Part shown: piece after piece, positions 27,807 through 38,532 of the stretch
Numbering within the stretch: position 1 is the stretch's first letter
How the letters are laid out: the number at the start of each line of letters is the position of its first letter
Assembly: GCA_964405325.1 (NCBI GenBank)
Contig: CAYONM010000002.1
Location: forward strand, 1 to 57,531
Source of the DNA: an uncultured candidatus Brocadiaceae bacterium
GTDB taxonomy: Bacteria > Planctomycetota > UBA11346
Direction of reading: 5' to 3'
DNA: 57,531 nucleotides
Notes under the pieces: generated by a model
What the model was told of the DNA's origin: nothing
Database searches by the model: none
What the model saw: the letters and a program-made list of their open reading frames with translations, nothing else
Position numbers and translations under genes: made by a program

Positions 27807-30781
27807 TGGTCGGCTCCTGTCACCTGCCCCAGTTGCAGGGAAATGCGTTCGCGACGGCCATCATCAGCGATAAACAGCAGGTCGATCTGCTGCAGGCTGT
27901 CCGGCACGGCGACGCTGATCTGAAACATGCCGGCAACCGGCTGAGTGCTGCTGCTGCCCAGTTGGATACGCGTGATAGTGTTGGACACCCGCCCCTCCAG
28001 TCGCAGCCAGACCTGGGCCGTGGGCGCGGTGGCATCGTTGTCGACGGTAATCGCGGTCTGGGCCTGACTGCCACGACCGCTACGGACAATGGCCAGGGTG
28101 AAACGACCATCGGGCAGACGAAGACTGCTCGGCCAGCGCCAGGTGCCCTGGCTATCCGCGGTCGCGCTGCCGATCTGGCTGCCATCCACCTGGATGGCGA
28201 CACTACTGCCCGGCGCCGAGCTTCCCTGCAAGGCCGGGGAGGTGGTATTGCCGATCGAGACACCGTTACTACTACTGAAGACGTCAGCCACATTGTCAAA
28301 GGACGGTGGCACCAACACCGTGATCAGCGAGCCATAACCACGACCTGCCGCGTTGTCGGCGTAAGGCCAGATGCGATACAAGCGTCCGGCCAGCAACGTC
28401 GCGCTGGTCGCGGCAAAATTACCATCCGCGACCAGATCGGTTTCGGCCTTCGAGACATCGTCACTGCTGGTGCTGATGAGAAAACCACGCTTACTGATAC
28501 TGCGACCGCCATCATACGAAACGGTCGCGCTCAGGCTGAGGGTTGCAGCGATGGCGGCTGTGCCTGATTGCGAAGCGCTGGTAATCAGTGGTACTGCGGC
28601 CGATTCATCAGCATCGGCAATCCCATCGCCATCGCTGTCCTCGCTGGTGGGGTCGAGCCCCTGCCGATACTCATCGCTGTCGGAAACGCCATCACCATCG
28701 GCATCGCCGCTACCATCGCTGGTGGTGGTGTCACCGAAATACCTGCGCTCCCAATCATCGGGCAGGTTGTCGCCATCGGCATCGGAGCTGTCGGTGGGAT
28801 TGGGATCGATGCCGTCGCTAATGCCGTCACCATCGCTGTCGGAATTGGTGGGATCAGAACCATTCGTCTGCTCGGTACCGTCAGGCACATTGTCATCATC
28901 ACTGTCCGAGTCGGTGGGATCAGTGCCCAGCCGTGCTTCATCCGCATCGCTAATGCCATCACCATCGGCATCGCCGCTACCATCGCTGGTGGTGGTGTCA
29001 CCGAAATACCTGCGCTCCCAATCATCGGGCAGGTTGTCGCCATCGGTATCGGTCGAGCTGTTCGGGTTGGGATCATCGCCATCGGAAACACCGTCACCAT
29101 CGCTATCGGGATCTGTGGGGTCGCTTCCCTGGCTCTGCTCGGCACCGTCCGAGACACCGTCATCATCACTGTCGGGATCCCGCGGATCGCTACCAGCGTC
29201 CTGCTCGTCACCATCAGACAAACCATCGCCATCGGCATCGCCGCTGCCGTCCACCAGCGTGCTGCCACCGAAGTGTTCCTGTTCCCAATCATCGGGCAGA
29301 CCATCGCCATCGCTGTCGGTACTGCTGTTCGGGTTGGGATCATCGCCATCGGGAATGCCATCGTCGTCAGCATCCGGATCGGCTGGCGCGCTGTCATCGC
29401 CATCACCAAGTCCGTCACCGTCACTGTCGAAATGATGCGGATCGGTACCATTCGCCTGCTCTTGGCTGTCGGTGCTACCGTCACCATCGGCGTCACCACT
29501 GCCATCGCTGCCGCCAAGGCCGCCAAAATGCTCTTGCTCCCAGTCGTCGGGCAGGCCATCGCCATCGCCATCGGTGGCGGTGGTCGGATTGGGATCGTCG
29601 GCATCGCTCACGCCGTCACCATCGCTGTCGGTTTGAGTGGGATCGGTACCGGCGTCCTGTTCCTCGTCGTCCTGAATGGAATCGTCGTCGGTGTCGATGT
29701 TGTCGGGATTGGTGCCCTGATTATCTTCATCCAGATCGCTGATGCCATCACCATCGCGATCGCCTTGGATGGGAACCAGGTTGGCATTCGCGGATACGGT
29801 CTCGCCATCGGCATCGATCACCTGCAGCTGATAGGCACGGCTGCTGGCGACGCTGCTGGCAGTACTGCGATAACTCAAGGCCTGCAACAGGGCGGTGCAG
29901 GAGGTATCGCTGATGCCGACCACCCGGATATCATCGATATACATGGTCGAACCCACCGCGCGGCCGCCGGTGGAATCGATGGTGCCCAGGCGAAAACGGA
30001 AGCGCAGTTGGCTGCTGCCCACCGGCAGCACCAGTTCGGTCTGTTGCCAGCTGTCATCATTGCCACTGGCCTCGAACAGGGTCGTCGTGGTACCACCGGC
30101 TTCGTCGATCAATTGCGCCCGGACATCGTAGTCGTCCTCGGACTGCAAGGCTCGCCAGTGCAAAATGATACGGTCACCAGCAGCAGCTGTGAAGGGCTCA
30201 CTGGTCACCTCGGGCCCATAGGCGCTGCCGTAGGCTTCGGCCACCAGCCCCTCGACCCGCAGACGCAAACCGTAACTGCCGCTGCGGGCTGCTTCGCCAG
30301 CTACCGAGGCCACCTGGCTGATAACATCACCGTTGTCATTTTCCACCGTATCATCGACACCCCACCCCGTCAGATCACCGGTCTCGAAACCGGCGTTGTC
30401 CGGCGGATCGATGCTCTGATCAAGAAAATCGATCCGGAGCTGTCCGCCGGAGCCATTCTGACTGGCATCGATACGGCCAAAGAGACTGGTATCGGTTCCA
30501 GTACCGATGGCAACGTCGCTCCCCTGCACGGAAATGGCGCCATCCTGCTGCGGGTTGGCAGCGGAGAGCACACCAAAGACATCATCGCTGGTGGCGTCAG
30601 TCAGCTGCAGCAGCACCGCACCACCGGCAAAACCGCTCTGATCGGCGTTAGCCACGGTGACGTTGGCATCCAGGGCCACGGCATCGATCCGAACGGAAAA
30701 ATTCAGATCATCCAGACCCGACAGCACGGGGTCGGCCGCGACCAAAGCCGCGGCCAAAAACAGTAAGAGAAGGCTTCGCAT
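27803..30781 (-). CDS. Secreted ~992-aa protein: jelly-roll/CBM-like domain, ~20 thrombospondin type-3 (Ca-binding) repeats, C-terminal Ig-like domains
   Basis: Signal peptide [16 protein letters not shown]. Repeated D.DGDG..D..D.NP motifs with a recurring [16 protein letters not shown] module. gaggtg RBS before the ATG at 30781. Confidence 0.8.
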   Translation of the reverse strand: MRSLLLLFLAAALVAADPVLSGLDDLNFSVRIDAVALDANVTVANADQSGFAGGAVLLQLTDATSDDVFGVLSAANPQQDGAISVQGSDVAIGTGTDTSLFGRIDASQNGSGGQLRIDFLDQSIDPPDNAGFETGDLTGWGVDDTVENDNGDVISQVASVAGEAARSGSYGLRLRVEGLVAEAYGSAYGPEVTSEPFTAAAGDRIILHWRALQSEDDYDVRAQLIDEAGGTTTTLFEASGNDDSWQQTELVLPVGSSQLRFRFRLGTIDSTGGRAVGSTMYIDDIRVVGISDTSCTALLQALSYRSTASSVASSRAYQLQVIDADGETVSANANLVPIQGDRDGDGISDLDEDNQGTNPDNIDTDDDSIQDDEEQDAGTDPTQTDSDGDGVSDADDPNPTTATDGDGDGLPDDWEQEHFGGLGGSDGSGDADGDGSTDSQEQANGTDPHHFDSDGDGLGDGDDSAPADPDADDDGIPDGDDPNPNSSTDSDGDGLPDDWEQEHFGGSTLVDGSGDADGDGLSDGDEQDAGSDPRDPDSDDDGVSDGAEQSQGSDPTDPDSDGDGVSDGDDPNPNSSTDTDGDNLPDDWERRYFGDTTTSDGSGDADGDGISDADEARLGTDPTDSDSDDDNVPDGTEQTNGSDPTNSDSDGDGISDGIDPNPTDSSDADGDNLPDDWERRYFGDTTTSDGSGDADGDGVSDSDEYRQGLDPTSEDSDGDGIADADESAAVPLITSASQSGTAAIAATLSLSATVSYDGGRSISKRGFLISTSSDDVSKAETDLVADGNFAATSATLLAGRLYRIWPYADNAAGRGYGSLITVLVPPSFDNVADVFSSSNGVSIGNTTSPALQGSSAPGSSVAIQVDGSQIGSATADSQGTWRWPSSLRLPDGRFTLAIVRSGRGSQAQTAITVDNDATAPTAQVWLRLEGRVSNTITRIQLGSSSTQPVAGMFQISVAVPDSLQQIDLLFIADDGRRERISLQLGQVTGADQ

Positions 30782-30863
30782 GGCAGCACCTCGTCCCATA
30801 AGGGTCACGCGGCACTATACCCCACGTCCATCATCCTTGGCAAGTTGATGTCCATAATCTTGG

Positions 30864-31476
30864 TTATTCCGGGTAGCGCTCCTTCCACGCTTCCACCCAG
30901 GCCAGAATGCGTTCGCGGTGGGCTTTGAGCAGGATCGTGCCGCCCACCAAACCCATGCCCACCGCCAGGATCAACGCGCCCAGCAGGCTCATCCGGAGGC
31001 CGCGCTCGAGTTCATGCAAGCCATGATAGGTCAAACTGCCCAGACCAACCAGCACGGCCGCCCAGGCGGCAAAAAAGTAGGCCCGCAGCCGGATAAAGCT
31101 GGCCGCAAGCAACAGGATCAGACCGGTCAGCAAGAGCAGAATACTGACCAGCAGCTGCCGATCAGCGCATACCAGGCGGTGATGCCCAGCATCAGGCTGA
31201 GGGTACCCGTCAGGTAATCGCCTTCGGCTTTGGCGCTTCCGGCAGTCGACAGCGCCGCGTGTGGTACTCGGCCGCCGCCTGCAGACGCCGCCGGAAGACC
31301 TCCTGCCACAGGTGGCCATCGCTGCCCAAGCCCAGAGCCGCAAGCTACTGGCTGGAATCCTGCTGCTGGTCCGTCTCCGACAGAAACACCTGAGCCGCCG
31401 CCGGATCGATCAGGCCGCGAGGCATTAACTGGGCAAGTGCCATTGCCTGGTTGATCGTATCCATAGGGCGATGCAT
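30864..31476 (-). pseudogene. Decayed membrane-protein gene (one in-frame TAG plus at least two frame changes)
   Basis: The reading frame MHRPMDTINQAMALAQL.. stops at a TAG. The sequence continues plausibly in other frames: ..DYLTGTLSLMLGITAWYALIGS, then QLLVSILLLLTGL..WKERYPE. Confidence 0.4.
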
Positions 31477-31559
31477 GGTGCACCAGCTCAGCTCGGTGTA
31501 ACAAGATGGCCAGGCGATGGCAGGCTCTTTGTGCTCGTGCTCTGGGCGCTTGGTCGCCG

Positions 31560-32576
31560 TCAGCCAGCGGCAACCTTGCCCGTGGGCAAGGGCGCCAAGG
31601 CCAAACTGCTGTGCTCGCCACGCTGGTGCAGATGCTCACCCAAGGCCGCAATCATGGCGCCATTGTCGCCGCAATGGCGGGGCTCGGGCAGAATCACGTC
31701 CAGATCATCGCAGATGGCCAAGGCAGCGCGCAGGCCCCGGTTGCAGGCGACGCCGCCACCAACCACCACCCGGCGCAAAGCCTGCTGCTGGGCCAGCAGG
31801 CGAAGCTTGCCGACCAGGCAATCGACCACCGCCGCCTGGAAACTGGCTGCGGCATCGCGCTTGCCGGCGGCATCCACTTGCAGCGCCTGTTCGCCACGCG
31901 GCCCGCGCAGTTGATACAAGAACGCGGTTTTCAGACCGGCAAAACTCAGCCGAGCCGTGTCATCCCGTAAGAAACTGCGTGGCAAGCGATAGGCCTTCGG
32001 ATTGCCTTCGGCGGCCAGGGCATCGATCAGCGGACCACCGGGGTAACCGAGTTCCAACACGGCAGCGGCCTTGTCGAAGGCTTCACCGGCGGCGTCATCA
32101 ATGGTGCCACCCAACAGCTGCAACTGACCCGGCGCCTCGCAGCGATAATAATGACTATGCCCGCCAGAAGCGACCAGCCCCAAAAAGGGATAGCGCAGAT
32201 CGTCCCGTCCCAGCTGTGCAGCAGCCAGATGCGCCTGGATGTGATGCACCGCCACCAACGGTACAGCCAAACGCGCCGCCAACACCTTGGCCGCGGTCAC
32301 GCCGCAGATCAGACTGCCGATCAGACCCGGCCAGGCGGTTACCGCGACCACATCGACGTCCGTCAACTGACACCCGGCTTGTCGAAGCAGGCGCTCGATC
32401 AGCGTCGGGAATGCCGCCACATGACCCCGCGCCGCCAATTCCGGCACCACACCACCCCAGGCCGCCATATCGTCGGCCAGGCTGGCCACATCCTCGGCCA
32501 AGACCTGCCGCCCATCGGCCACCAGCGCAACGGCGGCCTCGTCGCAAGACGATTCGATACCCAATACCACGCTCAT
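31560..32576 (-). CDS. tsaD: tRNA N6-adenosine threonylcarbamoyltransferase
   Basis: VLGIESSCDE, HH.QAH, GGGVACN. Confidence 0.93.
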   Translation of the reverse strand: MSVVLGIESSCDEAAVALVADGRQVLAEDVASLADDMAAWGGVVPELAARGHVAAFPTLIERLLRQAGCQLTDVDVVAVTAWPGLIGSLICGVTAAKVLAARLAVPLVAVHHIQAHLAAAQLGRDDLRYPFLGLVASGGHSHYYRCEAPGQLQLLGGTIDDAAGEAFDKAAAVLELGYPGGPLIDALAAEGNPKAYRLPRSFLRDDTARLSFAGLKTAFLYQLRGPRGEQALQVDAAGKRDAAASFQAAVVDCLVGKLRLLAQQQALRRVVVGGGVACNRGLRAALAICDDLDVILPEPRHCGDNGAMIAALGEHLHQRGEHSSLALAPLPTGKVAAG

Positions 32577-32621
32577 GCCGGTATCCTGAATGCGAAGCTG
32601 GAGAGACAAGACGATGCCTGC

Positions 32622-34811
32622 TTACAGCCCACCGACATCATCCAGACGGAATCGAATACCAAAATATTCATCGTAATCGGTGCCGCTGTCATGGTACAGG
32701 CGTTCATAGCACAGACCCAATTGCCCATCGATCATCTGACGATCGAGTTCCACCCGCCAGGCATCAAGGCTGCGACCACCGTCTTTGAAGGTCAGATCCA
32801 GACTCCACTGATACCGGCCGGTAGGCAGGCTGAAACCGGGACGGTATTCCCACTGTCGTCCGTTTGCCAGATCACGAAGAACATCAAAACGCAGTTCACC
32901 AGCACCGCCAAAGACCACCGCCTGCATATCGGTGCGACGAACGGTTTGCCGAATGCCATCGTACCGGAATTCACCCTCGAAGCGCGACCAGACCGTGGGC
33001 TCACCAATCCAGGTGGCGGCGATATCCACCAACCGGCTGGCAGTCCGTTCGCCGATCTGGTCGCTACGCAAGCCATACCGGTCCTGCTCACGCAGAGCCC
33101 AGCGACTATCGACATCGAGACGAAACCGACGCTCGCCGGCCCAGAGATGCGTACCCAAGCCCAGGTGCACGTAACGGCGATCCTCTTCCAGCTGGTCCCG
33201 ATCATCGCCAAAATCATACATCGGCAGCGCATCCCCGTGACCAGGTCCGGTGATTTCAAAACCGACAAAGGGCCGGATCCGATGCCAGGCACCAGAGTCG
33301 TAGCGACCATCGATATTCAGCCCCAGACGGGCGTCGAGACGCGGCATCCAACGGAAATCATGCCCGTCCATATACCCCAAACCGTCAGCCCCCAGAGCGA
33401 TATCGACCAACACCGGGCCGAACCAGTGATTGGCCGCCACCTGACTGTGGCCACGCAGACGGGTGGCCTCGACCGCGTCGCGTTCCAGATCTGCAACACC
33501 GATGAAACCGCGCACATGCAGCGGCCCCAGCACCTGCAGACTGTGCAGATCACCACGCAGGCCATAAGCCACTGTGGTCTCCGGCCTGGTCGGATGCGGC
33601 GGGCTCTGGTGGGTCAGCTGCAAACTCCCCAGCGCCCCGCTCCAGACCGCATCCACGCCCTGCCGGGCCAACGGTTCAGCGCGAAGATCATCACGATAAT
33701 AATCACTGCGGAATCGCTCGTCGGCAACCCCACCGGGATCGGGATCGGGCAGACGGGCATAACGCATGCTCACGTCGGCTTGGCCCCAATGCGCGGTATT
33801 GGCGACGTCGATCAACTGCTTGTCTTCCCTGGCCATTAAATCACCCGGCTGCACCAGACGGCCACCAGAAAACAATCGACCCGAGCGGTACAGCGATTCT
33901 TTGGGCATATAATGGTAGACGGCTCGGCCGTTACCGAACTGTGGCTGCTGCCAGCGTGCCTTCGTGCCGAAACCCCAGCCAGCCAGGCTGTGGTAATCAG
34001 CGCGCACAGCCGCGAAACCGCTGCCACCAAGCAACGGAAATCCATTGCCGAGTTGACCACGGACGTAGGCGCCATGTCGGCTGCTGAGCCCGAAATCGTA
34101 ATGGCTCCAGGGATAGTGGGCGGTGAAATCACGGTAGACCCTGGGCAACCAGAGTATCGGCACGCCGCCGAGCCGGAAAACCGGCTGCGATACGGAGGCA
34201 TCGCGCACATGCCGCAGCACGCCCGATCGATGCGGCAACTCCTCGCCCGGCGGCTGCAGCCGAATCACGATTTTGGGCGTCCGGATACTGGCTAGCCCAC
34301 CATGCCCACTCTCACCGCGCACACCGCGCACGACGATGGCCTTACGATCGAAACGGGCATGCTCGGCCTGGAAATGCGCCACCACACCCGGCGCGCGCTG
34401 CAGCTGGATGCTCAGATTCCAGGCCTCTACCCAGCCCTGCTTCAGATCAGCAGCGATCTGATCGGCGGTGATCTGCACCGGCAGCACGGCGAGGGTGATC
34501 CGACCGATGGCAAACAGCAATCCGCGCTCTCGATCCCAGCGCAGGCCCTCGCCCAGGAGCACGGCACCCGTCTCGTGCAGCCAGCGACCCAGGCTGTGTT
34601 CCGCCGGCACGCCACCAGGCGGCAATTCCAGCACAAAGCCCTGCCCCGCATACAGCACCTGCCCCTCCACCACCGGCGCAGGAGCATCGAGATGGTAAAC
34701 GATGCCAGGCTCGCTGGCGCCCACCAGGCAGCAGATCAGCAGTAGCAAAAACAGTCGAGAACAACGCAAGCCGGCATCGTCTGGCGGAATACGCTGAGGC
34801 AATCGTCGCAC
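32622..34811 (-). CDS. lptD: LptD-like outer-membrane LPS-assembly protein (729 aa)
   Basis: Signal peptide, OstA-like N-terminal region, long beta-strand-rich C-terminus. Context with waaA. Confidence 0.55.
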   Translation of the reverse strand: MRRLPQRIPPDDAGLRCSRLFLLLLICCLVGASEPGIVYHLDAPAPVVEGQVLYAGQGFVLELPPGGVPAEHSLGRWLHETGAVLLGEGLRWDRERGLLFAIGRITLAVLPVQITADQIAADLKQGWVEAWNLSIQLQRAPGVVAHFQAEHARFDRKAIVVRGVRGESGHGGLASIRTPKIVIRLQPPGEELPHRSGVLRHVRDASVSQPVFRLGGVPILWLPRVYRDFTAHYPWSHYDFGLSSRHGAYVRGQLGNGFPLLGGSGFAAVRADYHSLAGWGFGTKARWQQPQFGNGRAVYHYMPKESLYRSGRLFSGGRLVQPGDLMAREDKQLIDVANTAHWGQADVSMRYARLPDPDPGGVADERFRSDYYRDDLRAEPLARQGVDAVWSGALGSLQLTHQSPPHPTRPETTVAYGLRGDLHSLQVLGPLHVRGFIGVADLERDAVEATRLRGHSQVAANHWFGPVLVDIALGADGLGYMDGHDFRWMPRLDARLGLNIDGRYDSGAWHRIRPFVGFEITGPGHGDALPMYDFGDDRDQLEEDRRYVHLGLGTHLWAGERRFRLDVDSRWALREQDRYGLRSDQIGERTASRLVDIAATWIGEPTVWSRFEGEFRYDGIRQTVRRTDMQAVVFGGAGELRFDVLRDLANGRQWEYRPGFSLPTGRYQWSLDLTFKDGGRSLDAWRVELDRQMIDGQLGLCYERLYHDSGTDYDEYFGIRFRLDDVGGL

Positions 34812-34897
34812 CAGAATCTCAGCCTGGGCCGCGCCACAAACTCTCTGAGGGACCAGTCATGGTTCACGCTTCGCAGGTTTGCCGCAGCCCTGGAATC

Positions 34898-35218
34898 TCA
34901 ACCGCGAATCGCCCCCATCGTCAGCAGCAGTAGTTGCGCTCCGGCAACCACGGCACAGGTCCCGACCACCTGGTTCTTGGCCTTCAAGGTCAACAACAGG
35001 CCGTCCACGGCAGCGGTCGCAGCGATCAGTAAATACAGGACACCGCTCGGGTAGGCGATCTCTCGCAACAGGCTGACATGATGATACGCGAGAAAAAAAC
35101 CGCCAACCACCAGGCCAACAATACCGATGGTCCGGATGGTGGCTTCCTTGGCCTCCTGGACCATGCCGACCAGGCAACTGATCGCCAGCATGGCGCCGAG
35201 TGCTGCTTCCAAATTCAC
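34898..35218 (-). CDS. Small integral membrane protein (106 aa, 3 TM)
   Basis: GTG at 35218 lies 6 nt after AAGGAG and 1 nt after the waaA stop. Hydrophobic throughout. Confidence 0.5.
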   Translation of the reverse strand: MNLEAALGAMLAISCLVGMVQEAKEATIRTIGIVGLVVGGFFLAYHHVSLLREIAYPSGVLYLLIAATAAVDGLLLTLKAKNQVVGTCAVVAGAQLLLLTMGAIRG

Positions 35219-35219
35219 G

Positions 35220-36524
35220 TCAATCTCCTTGTCGTTTCTGCCATCGATCCAGGCCATGCACGGCACGAGCGGCAGCACCCCGGGCTGCCATCCAGGCCTG
35301 CCGACCAGCCGCGGCGACGCAAGCGCGGCGGTCCGGATCGGTGGCGAGCTCCCGCAGAATGGTGTCGATGGTCTCGGGATGCATTTCCACCACACCATCG
35401 GCGGCCCGCAACAAGGCCATGGCATCGGGAAAATTACTGGTGTCCCAACCAACAATCGTGCAACAGCCGTTGGCGACAGCTTCCAACATATTCTGCCCAT
35501 GGCGGCCGGAACCCAGACTCCCCCCAACCACGGCCATCGCTGCAAGTTGATACAGCGCACCCAGATGGCCGATCTCATCGACAATCAACACCTTGTCACC
35601 GCCCTCGGGCAAAGGCAGGTCGGCCAGCGCGGTACAACGGGCGGCAACGCCCAATTGCTGGCACAGCCCCTGCAGCTGCGCGCCACGCTCGGGATGCCGC
35701 GGACAGATGATCAGCCGCCACGCCGCACCCCAGCCCAGCCAGCTCTTGATCAGGGCCTGCTCTTCGCCGGCCGAAGTCGATGCGACCAGAAAGATCGGAC
35801 GGGAATCCGTCGCCAAGCCCAAACGCCGCCGCTGTTGCTGCCCGGCCAGGACATCGACCGGCTTGACCAGATCCGCCTTAAGCGAGCCGGGTATCTGCAC
35901 CTCGCGCACTCCCAACGCCCGCAACCGTGCCGCCCAGGCCGCATTCTGCGCCTGCGCCAGATGGATACTGCCAAACACCGGCCCCAACAACGACGGCAGG
36001 CGAGCGTAGCCGCGGAAACTGCGTTCGGAAAGACGCGCATTCAATAAAATCACAGGCAGATTACGCTGCTGGCAGGTAAGCAGGAATTGCGGCCACAGCT
36101 CCAGTTCCAGCAGGATCACCCGCGCTGGCCGATGCAAATCGAGAAAACGACGCACCGCCCATGGGCTGTCGAAGGGAAAGAAACGCCGCCGATGATCGGG
36201 AAAGGCACCGGCAGCGGCGGCCCAACCGGTATCGGTACTGGTGGTGATCAGGCAGGGCGCACCGAACAGGCGCTCGAGCTCCGGCACCAACAGACGCATC
36301 AATTGCACCTCACCCATGCTGACCCCGTGGATCAGGGTGCAGCCGGCCGGTGCCGGTGCCGAGGCCCCACTCCACTTGCTGCTCACACCCACCAAGGGCC
36401 GGGCGCGCTTGGCGAGCCGGACCGCCAACAGCGGCAGCGCGAACAGCAACGCGAACAGATAGAGCGCGCTCAGCAGACCGCGGTGCTGGCGCAGGGACGC
36501 TTGGCAAAACGGCCGCAACGCCAT
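35220..36524 (-). CDS. waaA: 3-deoxy-D-manno-octulosonic acid (Kdo) transferase
   Basis: N-terminal TM, IHGVSMGEV, ELELWP, NARLSERS patterns typical of KdtA/WaaA. Confidence 0.88.
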   Translation of the reverse strand: MALRPFCQASLRQHRGLLSALYLFALLFALPLLAVRLAKRARPLVGVSSKWSGASAPAPAGCTLIHGVSMGEVQLMRLLVPELERLFGAPCLITTSTDTGWAAAAGAFPDHRRRFFPFDSPWAVRRFLDLHRPARVILLELELWPQFLLTCQQRNLPVILLNARLSERSFRGYARLPSLLGPVFGSIHLAQAQNAAWAARLRALGVREVQIPGSLKADLVKPVDVLAGQQQRRRLGLATDSRPIFLVASTSAGEEQALIKSWLGWGAAWRLIICPRHPERGAQLQGLCQQLGVAARCTALADLPLPEGGDKVLIVDEIGHLGALYQLAAMAVVGGSLGSGRHGQNMLEAVANGCCTIVGWDTSNFPDAMALLRAADGVVEMHPETIDTILRELATDPDRRACVAAAGRQAWMAARGAAARAVHGLDRWQKRQGD

Positions 36525-36528
36525 CACC

Positions 36529-37059
36529 TCAAACCACTTCAACACCGAGCAGCTGGACGATCCGCGTCGGATCGGGCATGCGCCCGGCTCCTTGTTCACC
36601 ACAAGCCAGCAGACCGCTATCGGGTTCGATGATCCGGACTCCAGCCGCTTGCAGGTTGCGGATATGCCCCTGCACCACCGGTTTGGCCAACATCACGCTG
36701 TTCATCGCCGGCGCCATCCAGATGGGCTTGTCGGTTTCCAGGGCCAGATACAGGGTGCTCAGCAGATCGTCGGCCAGGCCCAGGGCGCACTTCGCCAGGA
36801 AGTTGGCCGTCGCCGGCGCGATCAGCAGGGCCTCGGCCCAGCGCGCCTGATCAATGTGCGGAATGCTGCCATCATCGGTCCACAGGCTGTGGTAGACCCG
36901 GTGCTCGCTGACCGTGCTCAGCGCCGCATCGGCGACCAGCTCCGCCGCCGCCACGGTGCGGACGCAGCGCACCTCATGCCCCGCCGCGCGCAAGGCACGG
37001 ACTAGTTCGGGAGCCTTGTAGGCGGCAATGCCGCCGCTGATACCGAGCAGGATTCGCAT
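36529..37059 (-). CDS. coaC: Stand-alone phosphopantothenoylcysteine decarboxylase (flavoprotein, CoaC)
   Basis: MRILLGISGGIAAYKAPELVR, PATANFLAK, APAMN. Confidence 0.85.
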   Translation of the reverse strand: MRILLGISGGIAAYKAPELVRALRAAGHEVRCVRTVAAAELVADAALSTVSEHRVYHSLWTDDGSIPHIDQARWAEALLIAPATANFLAKCALGLADDLLSTLYLALETDKPIWMAPAMNSVMLAKPVVQGHIRNLQAAGVRIIEPDSGLLACGEQGAGRMPDPTRIVQLLGVEVV

Positions 37060-37108
37060 TCGCGCATGCTGCGGGAGAAGCCACGACAGGCAATCGCGGG
37101 CAAGGGCT

Positions 37109-37396
37109 TCAGGCCCGAACTGCGCCAAGCTGCCCAAGGAGGGCCGAGTGTAGAGCGTAGAGATCAGCCCCCTTGCAACGTCCACCATTTACCGACCACC
37201 TGGCATATTGCGGCACCGATTTGAAACGGCCTTCCCAGAAGGCACCAGAACAGCCGTCTTCCTTGTTTGCCCGTTTGGCGATATCTTCCTTCAGCGCTTT
37301 CATGATCCAGCCGAGGTCAGCCAATCGTTCACGCCAGATTTCCACCTGCGCCGTATTGGCAACGAGGTCGTCCATTACCTCAGGCCTGGGCTCCAC
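37109..37396 (-). mobile_element. Fragment of a Y1 (IS200-like/REP-associated tyrosine) transposase gene
   Basis: ..WRERLADLGWIMKALKEDIAKRANKEDGCSGAFWEGRFKS matches the conserved ..R.AN.EDG..G.FWEGRFKS block. The catalytic N-terminus is missing (upstream in-frame stop) and the sequence diverges after FKS. Confidence 0.6.
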
Positions 37397-37674
37397 CGGA
37401 CGACCATCGACCCCCGTTCCTTTGGCTTTGCTTCATGGCTTCTTTGGCTTTGGCTTCTCGCTTTCTTTTTCTTGTCCGCGTCAACTGTGCAGCCGGGGCT
37501 GGCAGCTGCCAGGCCGTGGGCATCGCCGATCCAGAGGCCGATCACCGCGCCAGGTGGCTCGGGTGATCGGCATGGGGGGAACGCCTAGCTGGCCAAAGCT
37601 TCGCTTTCGTCGCTGAACGAGGGTTCGAGCTGCGGCATCGCGATCGCCAGCCGGATCCGGCGGCCGCCGGCAGT

Positions 37675-38070
37675 GTGCTGCACGCGGGCCTGATCCTGCT
37701 CGCCGACATCGTGCGGGAGCACCGCAGCGGCAACATTCGCCGCCAGGCGCGTATCGATGCCTGTCTGGAATTGATCGAACTCCACCTGACCGACCACGAC
37801 CTGTCGGTGGGCGAATTATCACGACAGCTTGATTGTCATCCTGATTATTTATCAGCGTTGTTTCGGCGCGAACGACAGCAGAGCCTGGTCGGCCACATCA
37901 CCGCCCGCCGGCTGGAGCTGGCGCAGCGCCTCCTGCGCCAGAGCCAGCTCCGGATCAACCAGATCGCCTGGGTCAGCGGCTATCGCGATCCGGCCTATTT
38001 CTCCCGCCTGTTCCGCAAACAGACCGGCATGTCGCCACAGGACTATCGGCTTGGTGCCGCGCAGGCCTGA
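37675..38070 (+). pseudogene. AraC-family regulator fragment (C-terminal HTH domain; no credible N-terminal domain or start)
   Basis: ..LSVGELSRQLDCHPDYLSALFRR......I...RLELAQRLL......I..IAWVSGYRDPAYFSRLFRK.TGMSP..YR. The open frame extends upstream without a start or RBS. Confidence 0.55.
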
Positions 38071-38084
38071 GAAAGCAGCGCCGC

Positions 38085-38464
38085 GCATGCGCCCAGCACG
38101 CCAGACGGAGGAGTCCGGTGAATTTGGTGATGTTATTGTAGCCGGCATAGCCGTCGGCCATGTAGAAATATCCGATGGAGTCGCGGGTCAACTTGCCGTC
38201 GTCGTCATCGGGATCGACGTCGGGCGGATCGACCTCCGGCGGCGGTGGGTCGGGATCACTGGCAGTGATGTCGGCGAACATCGCTTCGATGTGTTTGGCA
38301 GCACGTGATGGCCCGAAGCGGATCACAACGTTGCCGTCAGCTGCGAAGAGCACGTAATAACCACGTTTACGCACCAGGCGCCCGACTTTCTCGTCGTAAT
38401 CCTGATAGGGCATCGGGGTCTCGTCGACGTGCAGAAGTGGCACATCTCTGATGGCCGCGAACAT
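38085..38464 (-). mobile_element. IS66-family transposase fragment (central DDE region only)
   Basis: LLHVDETP.., ..ADGYAGYNNI.., ..ACWAHARRCF. Truncated at both ends; the 3' end runs into the antisense of the AraC fragment. Confidence 0.6.
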
Positions 38465-38532
38465 GGCTTGGACTATCGACGCGAAAAAGGGTTCGGCCTG
38501 GCCGCAGCAGCCCCTCCTATCGTTAACACTAA

